The position numbers and the translations under genes are program-made. Positions 50,494-63,065 of a stretch of 64,000 nucleotides of DNA are shown here, piece after piece (the stretch's first letter is position 1; every line of letters begins with the position of its first letter). The notes below the pieces were generated by a model. It worked only from the letters and a program-made list of their open reading frames with translations. It was not told where the DNA came from and did not search any database. Source of the stretch: Octopus sinensis (lineage: Eukaryota); contig NC_043015.1 of assembly GCF_006345805.1 (NCBI RefSeq), forward strand, positions 23,126,001-23,190,000. The letters run 5' to 3'.

Positions 50494-50531
50494 GAAGCAA
50501 ACTTCTTACCATACTGCCACACCTGTGCCTA
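50494..50531 (-). mobile_element. 5' tip of the split SINE family A
   Basis: Minus strand taggcacaggtgtggcagtatggtaagaagtttgcttc matches the head start of the intact copy at 35370-35408. Confidence 0.85.
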
Positions 50532-50625
50532 TAAGTAGAACGTTTTGATTAGTGTATAAAATAGCTTACATAAATTGTTTGCTTTACCTGATCAGATGTG
50601 TACTTCCATGACTTTAATAAATACT

Positions 50626-50909
50626 CGCATAAAGTTATAACAGCTGAGATACATGGCTTTTGTATAGAATATAATCAAAATACAAATTTATACCTAGGCA
50701 TTATTTTCTTGTCTGTAAGAAAGATATAAAGCACATTTTTACATCTCTATTTGCCAAGCATGTGTTTCAAATTAAAATAGTAACAGTTCTTGAAGCAATT
50801 GTAGCAGACAGTCGTTGCCATGCTGGATAAAGCAATTTAGCAAATCAATCGCTTTATCCGAAACACCTGATCGTGTTCTTCTATTGGACGAGTATTTCTA
50901 TTAGAATTA
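50626..50909. repeat. Paralog of 47234-47518
   Basis: Direct alignment. Confidence 0.9.
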
Positions 50910-51989
50910 TAAAATTAATTTAACACTCTCACAGTTAGCATATTTGTGAATTGACTGACAGAAGCTGGAATGTACTTTCGCACAGAGTACAGCTAAACAA
51001 GTAACTTTTAATGATCTAAAAAATATATGCAGTGCCAAAATGATCAATCATGCGTTTAGTATAAAGTTTTCCATATACAGTAAAATTAAAGTACCACTTT
51101 AATAGGATTATGAGTCGGATGCGAATGATCATATTGACAACTGGATGCTATTTCGAGCTGGCTAAATGACCAAGTACAAGCACTATCGCCGGCATGATAT
51201 ATATGAGATAAATTCATTAAGGAGTTTGAAACAAATATCGATCATTTTTCCTATCTCATTTCAAATGTTTTACAAAATATGAGTTAAATAATCTCCAATT
51301 GCACTGATTAACATTTCAAACTCATAAAAGTTATGTCGTTATTAATATAATTGCAAGCAGGAATTTTCTATGAATTTCGTATGGTAAGATTCAACGGAGA
51401 TGTTATCATGCAAAACTTTTAATTTACGGCTATCTCCATACATATATCATAATCATTAATAAAAAATATTCTTTTTATTTACACATATCATACGTATCAT
51501 ATATATCTTGAAGCACATATTCCGAAGAGTATCTGCTTCAAATTAATATTAATAAAATATTTTTCTTCAAGAGATTTCACTGTTGTTGTTGTTGTTGGAG
51601 GTGGTGGTGGTGGTTTTGGATTCTGGCATGGTTTTGCTAGCGCTCATGGTATTTGTGGTGGCGGTAGATTTGGTGGTTTGGCGATGGTGCCGTGGTTTGT
51701 TGTTCTGAGGGTTGTAGTTAAGATACAATGCCTGTTGTTTTACATTGCAACTGTATCCATGTAAAACTTTTTCAAGATACATAACTTATATTTGATCCCT
51801 TCATTACTTTCATGTATACTCGTATGCACTCAAACACATCTACAGGCACACTTAACAACATATATGTGGGTGTATACCTAACTTCATGCATGAATATCTA
51901 TGCTACTATGCAATTCGCATCTCCGCATATACAGTCATATAACTCTACATGTGGTTGTGTATACACACATTAGTGTCTCGCAACACGAA

Positions 51990-52262
51990 GAAATGACACC
52001 TGTGACGGAGCGTTCGGCACTCGTCAGTTTCTCACTAAAACAACATGGTGTCGCTTCCATATCCACACTGTTCGCCACATTTAGTATATGCGAACTTCTA
52101 TCTCTTCCATATGAAGAAAATGTACCTCACTCATCACGGTTTTAACATCACTGTTGAGATCCACAGCGAATCGCAAAAGATACTAGATTCGCTTGGGGGA
52201 AACGACTACCACACCGGAATCCGAAAGTGTCATGAACGCTGGAACCGGTGTATTAGCGTGTG
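51990..52262 (+). mobile_element. Mariner transposase C-terminal relic
   Basis: LPYPHCSPHLVYANFYLF...VEIHSESQKILDSL...KCHERWNRCI corresponds to the HPPYSPDLAPCDFFLF...WQERWDRCI region. Confidence 0.75.
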
Positions 52263-53167
52263 TGTGTTTAAATGGCAGGTATATAAATGCACAGATGTAT
52301 AAATGCACATACATGCATATATGTATGAGTATGGATGAGTGTGTGCGCGTAGCTGTGTGTTTGTGTGTGTGCGTGTGTGTCTGTGTGAGTGTGAGCCCAT
52401 GAACAAAAAATATGTTTGTGATAATGAAAGAACAATTTCATGAGATCAGAAAATTCTACGATATCCAATGGAATATTGTAATGTAATTGGCAAATTGGCA
52501 ACCAGCTGTAGAACTGGATATTCATTTCGGATTTAATCTTACTTAAGTTGGCACTGAATTTATCTCTCTTCTCTCTTACTGGGGCAATCAATATGATTTC
52601 GCCAAAGTGTGATGCACATGTTTTTTTACGTATTTTGCCTAAATTTCAAAAATCTTTTTATTTTTGTCAGTATCTATAGATTTTCATTGAATTTTCTGTT
52701 TCTTTTCCGATATTGTTTTGTTTATAACGCCTTCATTTTTCTTTGCTTAAAACGATTCTAGTTATAGTGGTAGCTGATTACTTGCTGTTTGGTTGGTGCG
52801 GGAGATTTTGGAAAAAGCTGGTAATTCCATTCGAAGAAGAATGTTGAAAGACAAAGAAAACAAAACCAGGGGCGATGAAGTGATAGGTTCTATAATATCG
52901 CAGATTTATTTTGTCGAATTAAGAGGATAGCATTAATGCTTTAAATTATCTTACAGTCTAACTAAACCATATCACTGTGAGTTCTTGTGAGTTTTCTTAT
53001 ATCATATGATTACATCCTTTACATAAAACTATAAAACGAAAGACAAAATGCTGTCTGTAGTGATATATTCGTGGGAATAGCAACGCAGTCTTATGATATC
53101 AAATAGATATTGTTCGTTTGACTACACGTTGTTGAAACAGAAGCAATGAAAATTAACAACTTAAATT

Positions 53168-53213
<46 letters not shown>

Positions 53214-53233
53214 TTAATAATAATAATAATAAT

Positions 53234-53278
<45 letters not shown>

Positions 53279-53300
53279 TACATATATATATACATATATA
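53168..53300. repeat. (AAT)n followed by (TA)n microsatellite
   Basis: Direct inspection. Confidence 0.9.
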
Positions 53301-54363
53301 CACACATGCACATACATATATGTGTGAGTTTGTATGTATGTGTATGTATGTATGTATGTACGTATATAGTGTACAGTTCCTTGGTGGTAAGATCAATAAA
53401 AAATACTCCATTTGGTGAGAGATAAATATTTGATAAAGACAATATATATCTTTATGTGCTACTTTTAATTACTTGTGATGAGAGAATGCCAGACAGTATT
53501 TTTTTAAACTTCTAGCGCCCCAGTACTGTCAGCAGCAACTGTCCATTGGGCATGGTGTTACTGACGTTTTAAACCTCATCATATTCCATGATGTTTATTT
53601 TTTGTGTTATATATGGATGCGCGAAAAGCAAGAAATGGCGAGAAAGTGACAGATATAAGAGGGGGAAATTGAAAATCCGTAACACGAAAGAGAAAAAGAA
53701 AGAAGCAACAGGAGTGGGAGAGATTAATTACTTCAAGGCCGTCAAAATAAACATGAGTCATGTATTTTATTTTCTTGGTGATTGCTCTTTGCGGTTACTC
53801 AATTCTCGTAATGATTTATTTAGTGTGGGGAGACCACTGTATACTAAATTTGTAAAATTTACGTATAAGATTTTTATTTCCGCTCTGACAACCTGTTAAA
53901 TATCATAAATGATATTTACCGTCTATTATAATTAATCTTTATAAAATTTACCCCTTGATCAAAACTGCATTCAATGCAGAATATGTTTTGTTATGGTACA
54001 CGTGGTTGTAAAAGAGGGATGTGAATTCTACTTTACGGTATATTTCTACGGGTGTGTACATGTATTTGCTGTACGATGACGCTCCTCGCAAGCGTATGTG
54101 TAGATATTTGTACATTTATATCATGCAATAGCTTTGCTGATAAGAGCAGAAAATAATATTGTTTTTACTGTAAGCTTGAAACAGGATCTTGTACACGGTT
54201 AACCAAAAGTTCAATTCATTATCTTTCTTAGCTCGACTACAACCCAGTGTTTTATTCTCGGAATTTCTAAGATGGTAATAGCGTCTTTTGGCGTCTATTT
54301 TTTCAAGCGCGTTGAGAGGCTTATACCCAAACCGTTGTTATAATTATGTGTATAATTATTGAA

Positions 54364-54403
<40 letters not shown>

Positions 54404-54805
54404 GTAAATACGTTTCTATGAGCGTGTGTGTGCATGTATATGTATAATATGTATACGATTTTAAGCATATGTATATAATGCTGATGTTATCAAATTCGTA
54501 GATATTATTCATTTGCAGATTGCTGAAAATATTCGCTTAGAAAATAGGCAAATTATTTTGTAAGTAATTTATGTAAGAGGAACACAGGTGAGTGATCTAG
54601 TGAAGAATATGTCAGGCGCTTGAAAGTTTTCATAAGCGTAAAGAATCTTCGACAAATTTCTTCGTTTTGTTTCTCCTTTCCTTCTTCCTTTATTTTAATC
54701 CTATAGTTTTTCATTATAATTACAGCCCAGTCCATTTCCTCGCTATTTAATAAGTATAAGTAATTATCGGCGTAGTATTGAATAGAAAGTTATTTCTACT
54801 TTTGC

Positions 54806-54817
54806 GTAATAATAATA

Positions 54818-54894
<77 letters not shown>

Positions 54895-54945
54895 AAGAAG
54901 AAGAAGAAGAAGAAGAAGAAGAAACTGTGCGCAAAACAATAAATA

Positions 54946-55012
<67 letters not shown>
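54806..55012. repeat. (AAT)n-(AAG)n-short spacer-(AAT)n compound microsatellite
   Basis: Direct inspection. Confidence 0.92.
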
Positions 55013-55015
<3 letters not shown>

Positions 55016-55255
55016 TCCCTGGCAAGAAGTGCAAAAGATTGTCGTAACTGGTACATCACACGTATTGAGAAGAGCATTGTTGATGTGAGAACTATTACTA
55101 CCCATGTATTTTAATTTAACTTTAAAAAAAAAGAACGAACTATTGAGTTTAGTTTAATGGCCTACCAATGTATACTATGAGTTTCTTTGCCCTAGGAGTT
55201 GGGAAGACCCTCGGCGAGAAATGGAAGCAAATTTGAAAGAAGAAGAAAAAAATAA
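55013..55255 (+). mobile_element. R4/Dong-type 3' end fragment (second family)
   Basis: DPWQEVQKIVVTGTSHVLRRALLM-stop matches the QK..GT.H.LRR terminus; 3' UTR ends aagaagaagaaaaaaataataat. Confidence 0.65.
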
Positions 55256-55285
55256 TAATAATAACACTCTGGGATATGTCAATCA

Positions 55286-55748
55286 TTACTCTGGGATATG
55301 CCAATACACACAGATAGAGAAATTAAGGCCAACAGACCAGATATAGCTGTCAGAGATCATGAAGAAAAAATGCTTTCTAATTGATGTATCAATACCAGCA
55401 GATGGCAACGTGTCTCTAAAAGAAATGGAGAAACTTTCAAAATACAAAGACCTGGAAATAGAGGTAACTAGAATGTGAAAACTAAAAACAGAAACAATTC
55501 CTATCATAGTAGGTGTATTAGGCATGATAAAAAATGATTCAGACAAATACATAACAAAACAACCAGGACTTACAAACACATATAACATACAGAAAATTGC
55601 ACTACTAGGCACTGCACGCATCCTACGCAGAACATTTTCAATACAGTAACCATCAGAGCATCACAACTAATCACAGCACATACCCAAGGTACACAGAGCT
55701 GCGCTCGGTAGTGAAGTGAAAGCACGTTATAAAAATAAAACTACTGAA
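55286..55748 (+). mobile_element. R4/Dong 5'-truncated copy (REL domain + 3' UTR), same family as 14723-16910
   Basis: ctctgggatatgccaatacacacagatagagaaattaaggccaacagaccagat...aaaataaaactactgaa is nearly identical to the reverse complement of 14723-15185; followed by (AAT)n. Confidence 0.92.
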
Positions 55749-55753
55749 TGATG

Positions 55754-55855
<102 letters not shown>

Positions 55856-55862
55856 TTAATAA

Positions 55863-56413
55863 TGCCCTGACGCAGTACCAGGAAGATTCCATAATGCAGT
55901 ACCTGGTAGTGGCTCTCATCGCTCCTGATCTTAACTGATTAGAAGTGTTATTATGTACATTATTTTGACTTGGTATAAACGTTGGGCTACAGCAAATGTT
56001 CAATACTACAAATTTGCTTGTCCATAACCAGTTGAACATGTCCTTTTGTGGCTGATGTTATGTGCATTCTATGATCATGAACAGACGTAGTGGGGGAGCA
56101 TCATAACCATGCGTAGAGAGAAACTTTTGGCGTTTCAAGAATTCACCTTTGGAAACATGGATGTTTCGTTCAACATCCTTAACAACGAACCTTTTGAGCG
56201 GGATGGGCTACTCGACCTGAAGAAAATTTTAACTGTGCCCCAGCAGCAAGATCATGAGTCGTTTATTTTGATATGATATCATCATGTTCCGCACATATGT
56301 TTGTGATGCATGTGCCTGGTGTGCCCTTTATTACACGGGTAGTCATGATGGGTATACTAGGCTTTGTATATTTTATCCCAGTGTCACTTTCATGGCATGC
56401 ACCGCTCTCTCAC
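55863..56413. mobile_element. ~550-bp non-coding interspersed repeat adjoining (AAT)n, copy 1
   Basis: Homologous over its full length to 58174-58728. Confidence 0.8.
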
Positions 56414-57240
56414 CCAATATCCGAGTCAGTAACCGAAGACACAGAAACACTAATACAGCCCAGCTGGACAACGGAGAAATGACCCTCAAAGTTTGGAATA
56501 TCTACAATTTCCTGTGAGTATTTTAAATTTCCCTCAAAATAAGTTATGAAACACACATATCCACAGTTTTTGAACACAAAATTAATCAGCTTGAAAAATG
56601 TTAATATCTACAACTTTCTGTGAGAATATTCTCTCCTTTTCTTTTCTTTTATTTCTCACTGAGTATTCGAAAATGTAAACATGCTTTTTACTGCATAAAC
56701 ACTCGCGTCTTCTCTAGAAATCTTATAAAGACTTTAATGTCTACAACTTCGTGTGAAAATTTTATATTCCTTTTTTCTCTGACTACCCGAAAATGTAAGC
56801 ATTTTATTGCAACAACACAATTAAATGCACGATAAAATAACAAATAAAGATAAGTTAAGGAAGTAAGCACCTGCTAATGTATACAAAGTGCACAATTATA
56901 AAAACTGTAAACTACAGCAAAACTTATGGAAAGGAAAGAAATGAAAAATTAGAAATTAAAAAAAAATCTAAAGAGGAATTTTTCTTCAACTATCACCAGC
57001 GTTCCTCTGTTTAAAAACATGGTTTGCAGAGAATGGTTATCATTTAGAGTAACTGAAGAGATATCTGGTTCACTCTAGATATGAAACCAATGTGTTTGTT
57101 TCTTAACATACGTTGCACATACACACAAATATATATATATTTATTATTGTCTTTCTGTCAGTAATTAAAAATAAAACAAGGTGAGTTGGTGCTTTTCAAG
57201 ACCAAGATCATCACTCACATTGATCCTTAGTAGTAGTAAA

Positions 57241-58005
57241 CACATTTGACCTCTGCTGACATCAGAGGTCTCCTTATTGCACAGGAACGTCCATTGCTTG
57301 CCTCTTCACGAGCTGTTGAATCTATTTACAGACAAATCGAACGGTAGTTGAATACTGGACTACGACTGAATGAAGTAGAAGTGTGTTCCGACAACACATG
57401 AAAGCAGCATGGAATGAAATAGGACACTTCGAAATAAGTACGCAATGGTTAGCCGACCAGGCAAGGGCAATAAGTGCAAAAGGGTGGTTAACAGAGCCGG
57501 AAATTGAAGACATAAGAAGTCAAAAATAATACTTCACCAACGGATAACGTATTCAGCGACGACAGGGAAATGGGTAGCGTCAGTGAAGACGCAGAGCAAA
57601 CTGTAAGTGTGAATTCATTCTCAGCAAATGAAACAGAAGTAATGGGAAGATTAGCAAAATCATTTGATATTTACCAATCCAAACGCATCAGGTGTAAGAG
57701 CATAATAGACTGTACCAAGTGGTTGTCGAAGAGAGGAACCACTTGCGCTATATACTTGATGTTCCATGCTCCTTTGACCCACGAATATTCAAGAAGGAAG
57801 GCGAAAACATATATAAATACAACCCTATTAAGTACGAAATCCCCTGGCTATCGAAAATAGAGAATGTTTGCCTCCTTCGCACTACCAGAATAATCAGGAA
57901 ATTATAAAATAGCTGAAAAGATTGGATGGTATGGAATCATAGGCTGCATTTAACAAGTTTGCTACGCATGCAAGACTTCAGGAGTTCCAACAGAACCTGT
58001 GATAA
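57241..58005 (+). mobile_element. Internally deleted R4/Dong-like element (third family) keeping N-terminal and C-terminal ORF ends
   Basis: FRQHMKAAWNEIGHFEISTQWLADQARAISAKGWLTEPEIEDIR (N-terminal motif) and ILDVPCSFDPRIFKKEGENIYKY...CLLRTTRIIRKL (REL end); terminates aagaagaaaataataat. Confidence 0.6.
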
Positions 58006-58012
58006 AAGAAGA

Positions 58013-58074
<62 letters not shown>

Positions 58075-58079
58075 TAATA

Positions 58080-58124
<45 letters not shown>

Positions 58125-58170
58125 TTGATGATGATGATAATAGTAATAATAATGATAATAATAATAATAG
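58006..58170. repeat. (AAT)n-(GAT)n compound microsatellite
   Basis: Direct inspection. Confidence 0.95.
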
Positions 58171-58173
58171 TAC

Positions 58174-58728
58174 TGCCCTGATGCAGTACCAGGCAGTGGC
58201 TCTCATGGCTTCAGATCTTAACTGAATGGAAGTGTTATCATGTACATTGTTTTGTCTTGGTATAAAAGATGGGCTACAACAACTATTCTGCTCAATACCA
58301 CAGATTTTCTTGTCAGTTGTTTGACCTTAACCAGTTGAGCATGTCCCTTAGTGGCTGACGATATGTGCATCTCTGATCACGAGCAGAAGTAGTGGGGGAG
58401 CATCATAGCCATGTGTTGAGAGGGATTCTTTGGGGTTTGAATAGTTCACCTCTGGAAACATGGGTGGTTCTTTCAACATCCTTAAACAACCCTTATTCAG
58501 GGACCGTTTGAGCGGGATGGGCTAATCAACCTGAAGAAAATTCTAACTGGGCCCCTCCTGCAAGGTCATGTGCTGTTTATCTTGATATGAGATCACCATG
58601 TCGCGCACATATGGTTGTGATGCATGTGCCTGGTGTACCTTTATCAGACGGATAGTCATGATGGGTATATTGGGCTTCGTATATTTTACCCCAGTGTCAC
58701 TTTGATGGCATGCACTGCTCTCTCACTC
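58174..58728. mobile_element. ~555-bp non-coding interspersed repeat embedded in (AAT)n, copy 2
   Basis: Flanked by (AAT)n on both sides; paralog of 55863-56413. Confidence 0.82.
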
Positions 58729-58766
<38 letters not shown>

Positions 58767-58842
58767 TAATAATAACAATAATGATAATGATAATAATAAT
58801 AATGATAATGATAATAATAATAATAACAATAACAACAACAAT

Positions 58843-59058
58843 ATTCCTTTCTGATATAGGCCCAAGGCATGAAATTTGGGGGTAGAGGACTAGTCGATTA
58901 AATCCACCCAGTGTTTTGCTAGTAGTTAATTGATCAACGCTGGAAGCAGGAAAGCCACAGGTGACTTCGGCAGAATTCGAATTAGGAACGTAAATACTAG
59001 TGAAATTCTGTTAAGCATTCTGCCAGGCATGCAAACAATACTGTCACCTCGCTGCCTT
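58843..59058 (-). mobile_element. tRNA-derived SINE family B (diverged)
   Basis: ataggcccaaggcatgaaatttggggg...gacttcggcagaattcgaa...ctcgctgcctt aligns with the other family B copies. Confidence 0.72.
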
Positions 59059-59088
59059 TATTAGTATCATCATCATCGTCATCATCAT

Positions 59089-59130
<42 letters not shown>

Positions 59131-59192
59131 TACTTCTACTATAGAGTTAATATGAAATACATTTAGAAATTACAGAATAATTAGATATTTGA

Positions 59193-59249
<57 letters not shown>

Positions 59250-59862
59250 CCTTCGGCCTGACGTTTCCCGATTTTCACAACCTTATTTCATTCTGCAAGT
59301 GCTTTTCATGTCGTATAGTCCTTACATTTTATGCTTAACTGAAAATATTATTGAGCATGGTGTTACTGACGTTTTAAACCTCATCATATTTCATGATGTT
59401 TATTTTTTGTGTTATTTATCTGAGTTTTATTTCGGGTCGTATTTTATGTGAACAAATATTTCATACATTTTCTATCTGGTTTCTCTGTTATGTTATATAA
59501 TATTTGCAGCCATAACCTTATCAGTTTCTATCCAATTACATTTTCACAGCTGCATTATAAGTTGCAATAGCACCTTTTAAATACATAGAAAATGGGCAAA
59601 AGTTATCCTATTAGTCTAATGTAACAGTTTGAATCCTGATGCTTATAAATTTAATGTTCCCATTGAAAACCGTATATTACATTGGTTGCGTGTACGGCTT
59701 TCTATGGTTTGCTCGTTTTTTGTCTTTTTATTTTCAACTCAACATTGGGATTTTTCCTATTAGGGTTATTAAACTATATTTTATGAGATTGTTACTTACG
59801 ATTAAGCTAGTGTTCCTTGATTTTCACGAAGTCTTTGAAGGATAGTTTAGTCCTCATATATC

Positions 59863-59923
<61 letters not shown>

Positions 59924-60264
59924 ATATGCAGTAATGTAGTAACAAGGATTTTATGGTATAGTACTTGCAGGTATACGATGTTTGTTTTGTTGTTGGCGAG
60001 TGAAGCTTCATTTTCCTTGTTCTTAGTGACTTTATGCTTGAATGGTTGTATAGCTTGATATACAGATCTATAAGGCTATCAACTACCAACTGTTTCACTT
60101 GTAAGCTCTCATCAGTTAAGTATTCGTTGTGAGATGAAACTTTAAACGTTCTTTTAGGAAGGCGTTTGATTGAAGATGTGTTGTACTTTGGAGACGTTTG
60201 CTATCACTGTGCATATATAATCAAGTCAATGTGTTTTTATATGTGTATTAAGGTGTTATAAGCC

Positions 60265-60505
<241 letters not shown>

Positions 60506-62059
60506 CATATTTATGCAGAAATTCGTTAATTATAATATCAGAAATGACATACGAGAAATGTCAGATCGTAAATATAAGTCTACGGCTATTTTTAAAATGC
60601 AAAGGCAAAAATCCTTCCGGGAAGAACCAATTATCTCCAAATAAAAACGCTATCGAATCAACAACTGTGTGCTTTAGTAAGGAACTTATCAGTAAGGTAA
60701 TAGGGAGATAATTTCTTGTAACCTTAATACGAACAGGGAACTATGGCAGACTAGTATTCGGTACAATGTACATTCCTTAAACTAAATTAGATTTAGTTAA
60801 TAAACATTCGCAGTTCAACTATATATACATGTTATTCTCTAATAAAAATGTAATTGTTGCGAACTTGTAGCAGTACAAGGCTAAAATAAAACATTTTCTA
60901 AACTGAGATAACCAAGCAAAATCTGAGCTGCAAAAGTTATGAGAAACAAAGATAGCGTTCTTTAAATCAGCCATAAACATCAAAAGCAATAAGGCAATTA
61001 GCTGCAAGACTAAATGCATTTCCACGAAACAAATCGTAGATGTCGACTGCAATCATTAGCCTAGAACGGTGACGTGTGAGTTCAATTTTGCTATTTCTAC
61101 TTTTCTGTTCAGAAACTTGTAGAAACAGAATCTCACAAACATATAGAACTATACGTGGAAATCGAAAAATAAAAAGCCAATACTAAATTAAACATTCACT
61201 GAAATGTTATGGAACAATGAAAACCGCCTATAAGCGATTTAAGGAAGTACAGCTTACAGGTTGCAAAATTCTTAACAGAATCATATAATAAACTCTCTTT
61301 ACGACTACGATGTCTATTGTAATTATATATCCGGGCTTTTCAATACTCACAGATACTACAGAAAGTTCATATTTCCGCCATTGCAAAATATAAAACTATA
61401 TTATGATTATTTGCCGCATATAAACATGTAAACCTCAGAAAGTATTTGAAAGCTTTTAGAATTTCTTGAAAGTTTTCAATTGACAACTTGGAGATCTTAT
61501 CTAAGGGAGTAACTTGATCTGAAGGAAACAAACATATGCGCCCCACATACTGTATGTTCTGTGTGAATGTGAAAGCGTATTGATGCGCCATACCAAGGCT
61601 TGTTTTACAGCACCCTATAGATTAAGATATAGGTCTGAATGGTATTTAGTAATTTACATATTAAATAGCAAATGCAATTGTGATATGTGCAAGTTATATA
61701 AGTATGTGTGTATGTGTCAATGCACGCACACACACACATACATACACACATGCGTACACAGAAAGAGAGGAGAAAGAGATAGGTTAGCAGATAGCTAGAT
61801 TGATTAGTTTCCCCTTGAGAAGAAATGCTGTGAAGTGTAAATGCAATAACTCAATTCAATCGGTTATAATACAACTTGACAAAGATTTGTCCTGTTCAGC
61901 CGCATTAGAATACAAAGTAAACACAATCCTATAGCCTCGCATTCAAATATATCTCACCAATGCAATTGGTGTAAGAATCTAAAATGCCTGAAAATACCGA
62001 GACTTCTCAGATTCAACGAATCCGTTTCTATATCTATAACTTTTCTGAACAGTGTCCTT

Positions 62060-63065
62060 GTTTAAGTTTGTGAATGCTACCATAACCCTTGTCTGCAGTT
62101 AATCTCTGGTGTTACAAGGAGTTTTGTTTGTCTCTCTCTAAAATGCTCCCCGCACATAATAATCAAGGGGTTGCAGTTTGGGGAGTTGGGTGGCCAGATG
62201 TTAAGGGTGATGTGGTCGCAGAAATTGTCTGGCAGCCATGACTGTGTTCTCCTCATTTCGTGCCATAGTGCAGAGTCCTGTTGCCGGATATAGGATCTTC
62301 CAGCAGCCACCCTCTTGATTCAGGGCAGTACCACCACCTCCTGATATTTGATATAGGCCTCCTTGTTGCATCTGGGGCCGTGTGGAAAGATGAATGGAAG
62401 CATTACGCCGTCACCACTAGAGATCACTCCAAACACTATGATGTTGAATGTATGTTTGATTTTTATCTCTCTTGTTACATATTTTGGCGGCACGGCAAGC
62501 CAATGGTTGTTCTGCGTGTTCACCAGATGATCTTGACAAAATTTTTTCTCGTCAGAGTAAAACCAAAGCATGTTCAGTTGGAGGGGATGCTAGGGTTTGT
62601 TCAAAAGCTTTGTAGTGCGGTATTTCTTCTTGTCCTCGATGGCTTGGGATAAAAATAGGCCCTTTCCATCTTGTACGAAGAATACTGAATGTCTTCATGC
62701 ACTACCTGTCTGATAAGAAACTCATACACTCCCATGTCCCTGTTGATGGACCTGATTGATTTAGAGTGATCGTTGTCAATCATGGCCTGGATCTCACCAA
62801 CAAATTCAGGAGATTTTCCTATCAGTAGGTTCAGAGTAAGTTTTCTGAGCTGCCGTAACTTCGTAATCATTCTTAAACTCATCCACCTCTTTCCGGATCC
62901 CCTACAATGTCCTCAAAATGACACCCGAATACTCTGAAATGATCGTATTGGAGCTTCCGGCGTTAATGCCAAGCACTACAGTATCTCGTTTTCAAACTTT
63001 TGGCAGTGTGAATTACGTCTTGGTGCTGTTTTTTCTCACAGATGGTGCCCAACTGACTCAACTAT
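62060..63065 (-). mobile_element. Tc1/mariner-superfamily transposase relic (probably DD37D/maT-like)
   Basis: FYSDEKKFCQD, IIVFGVISSGDGVMLPFIF, QQDSALWH and WPPNSPNCNPL in successive minus-strand frames. Confidence 0.78.
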
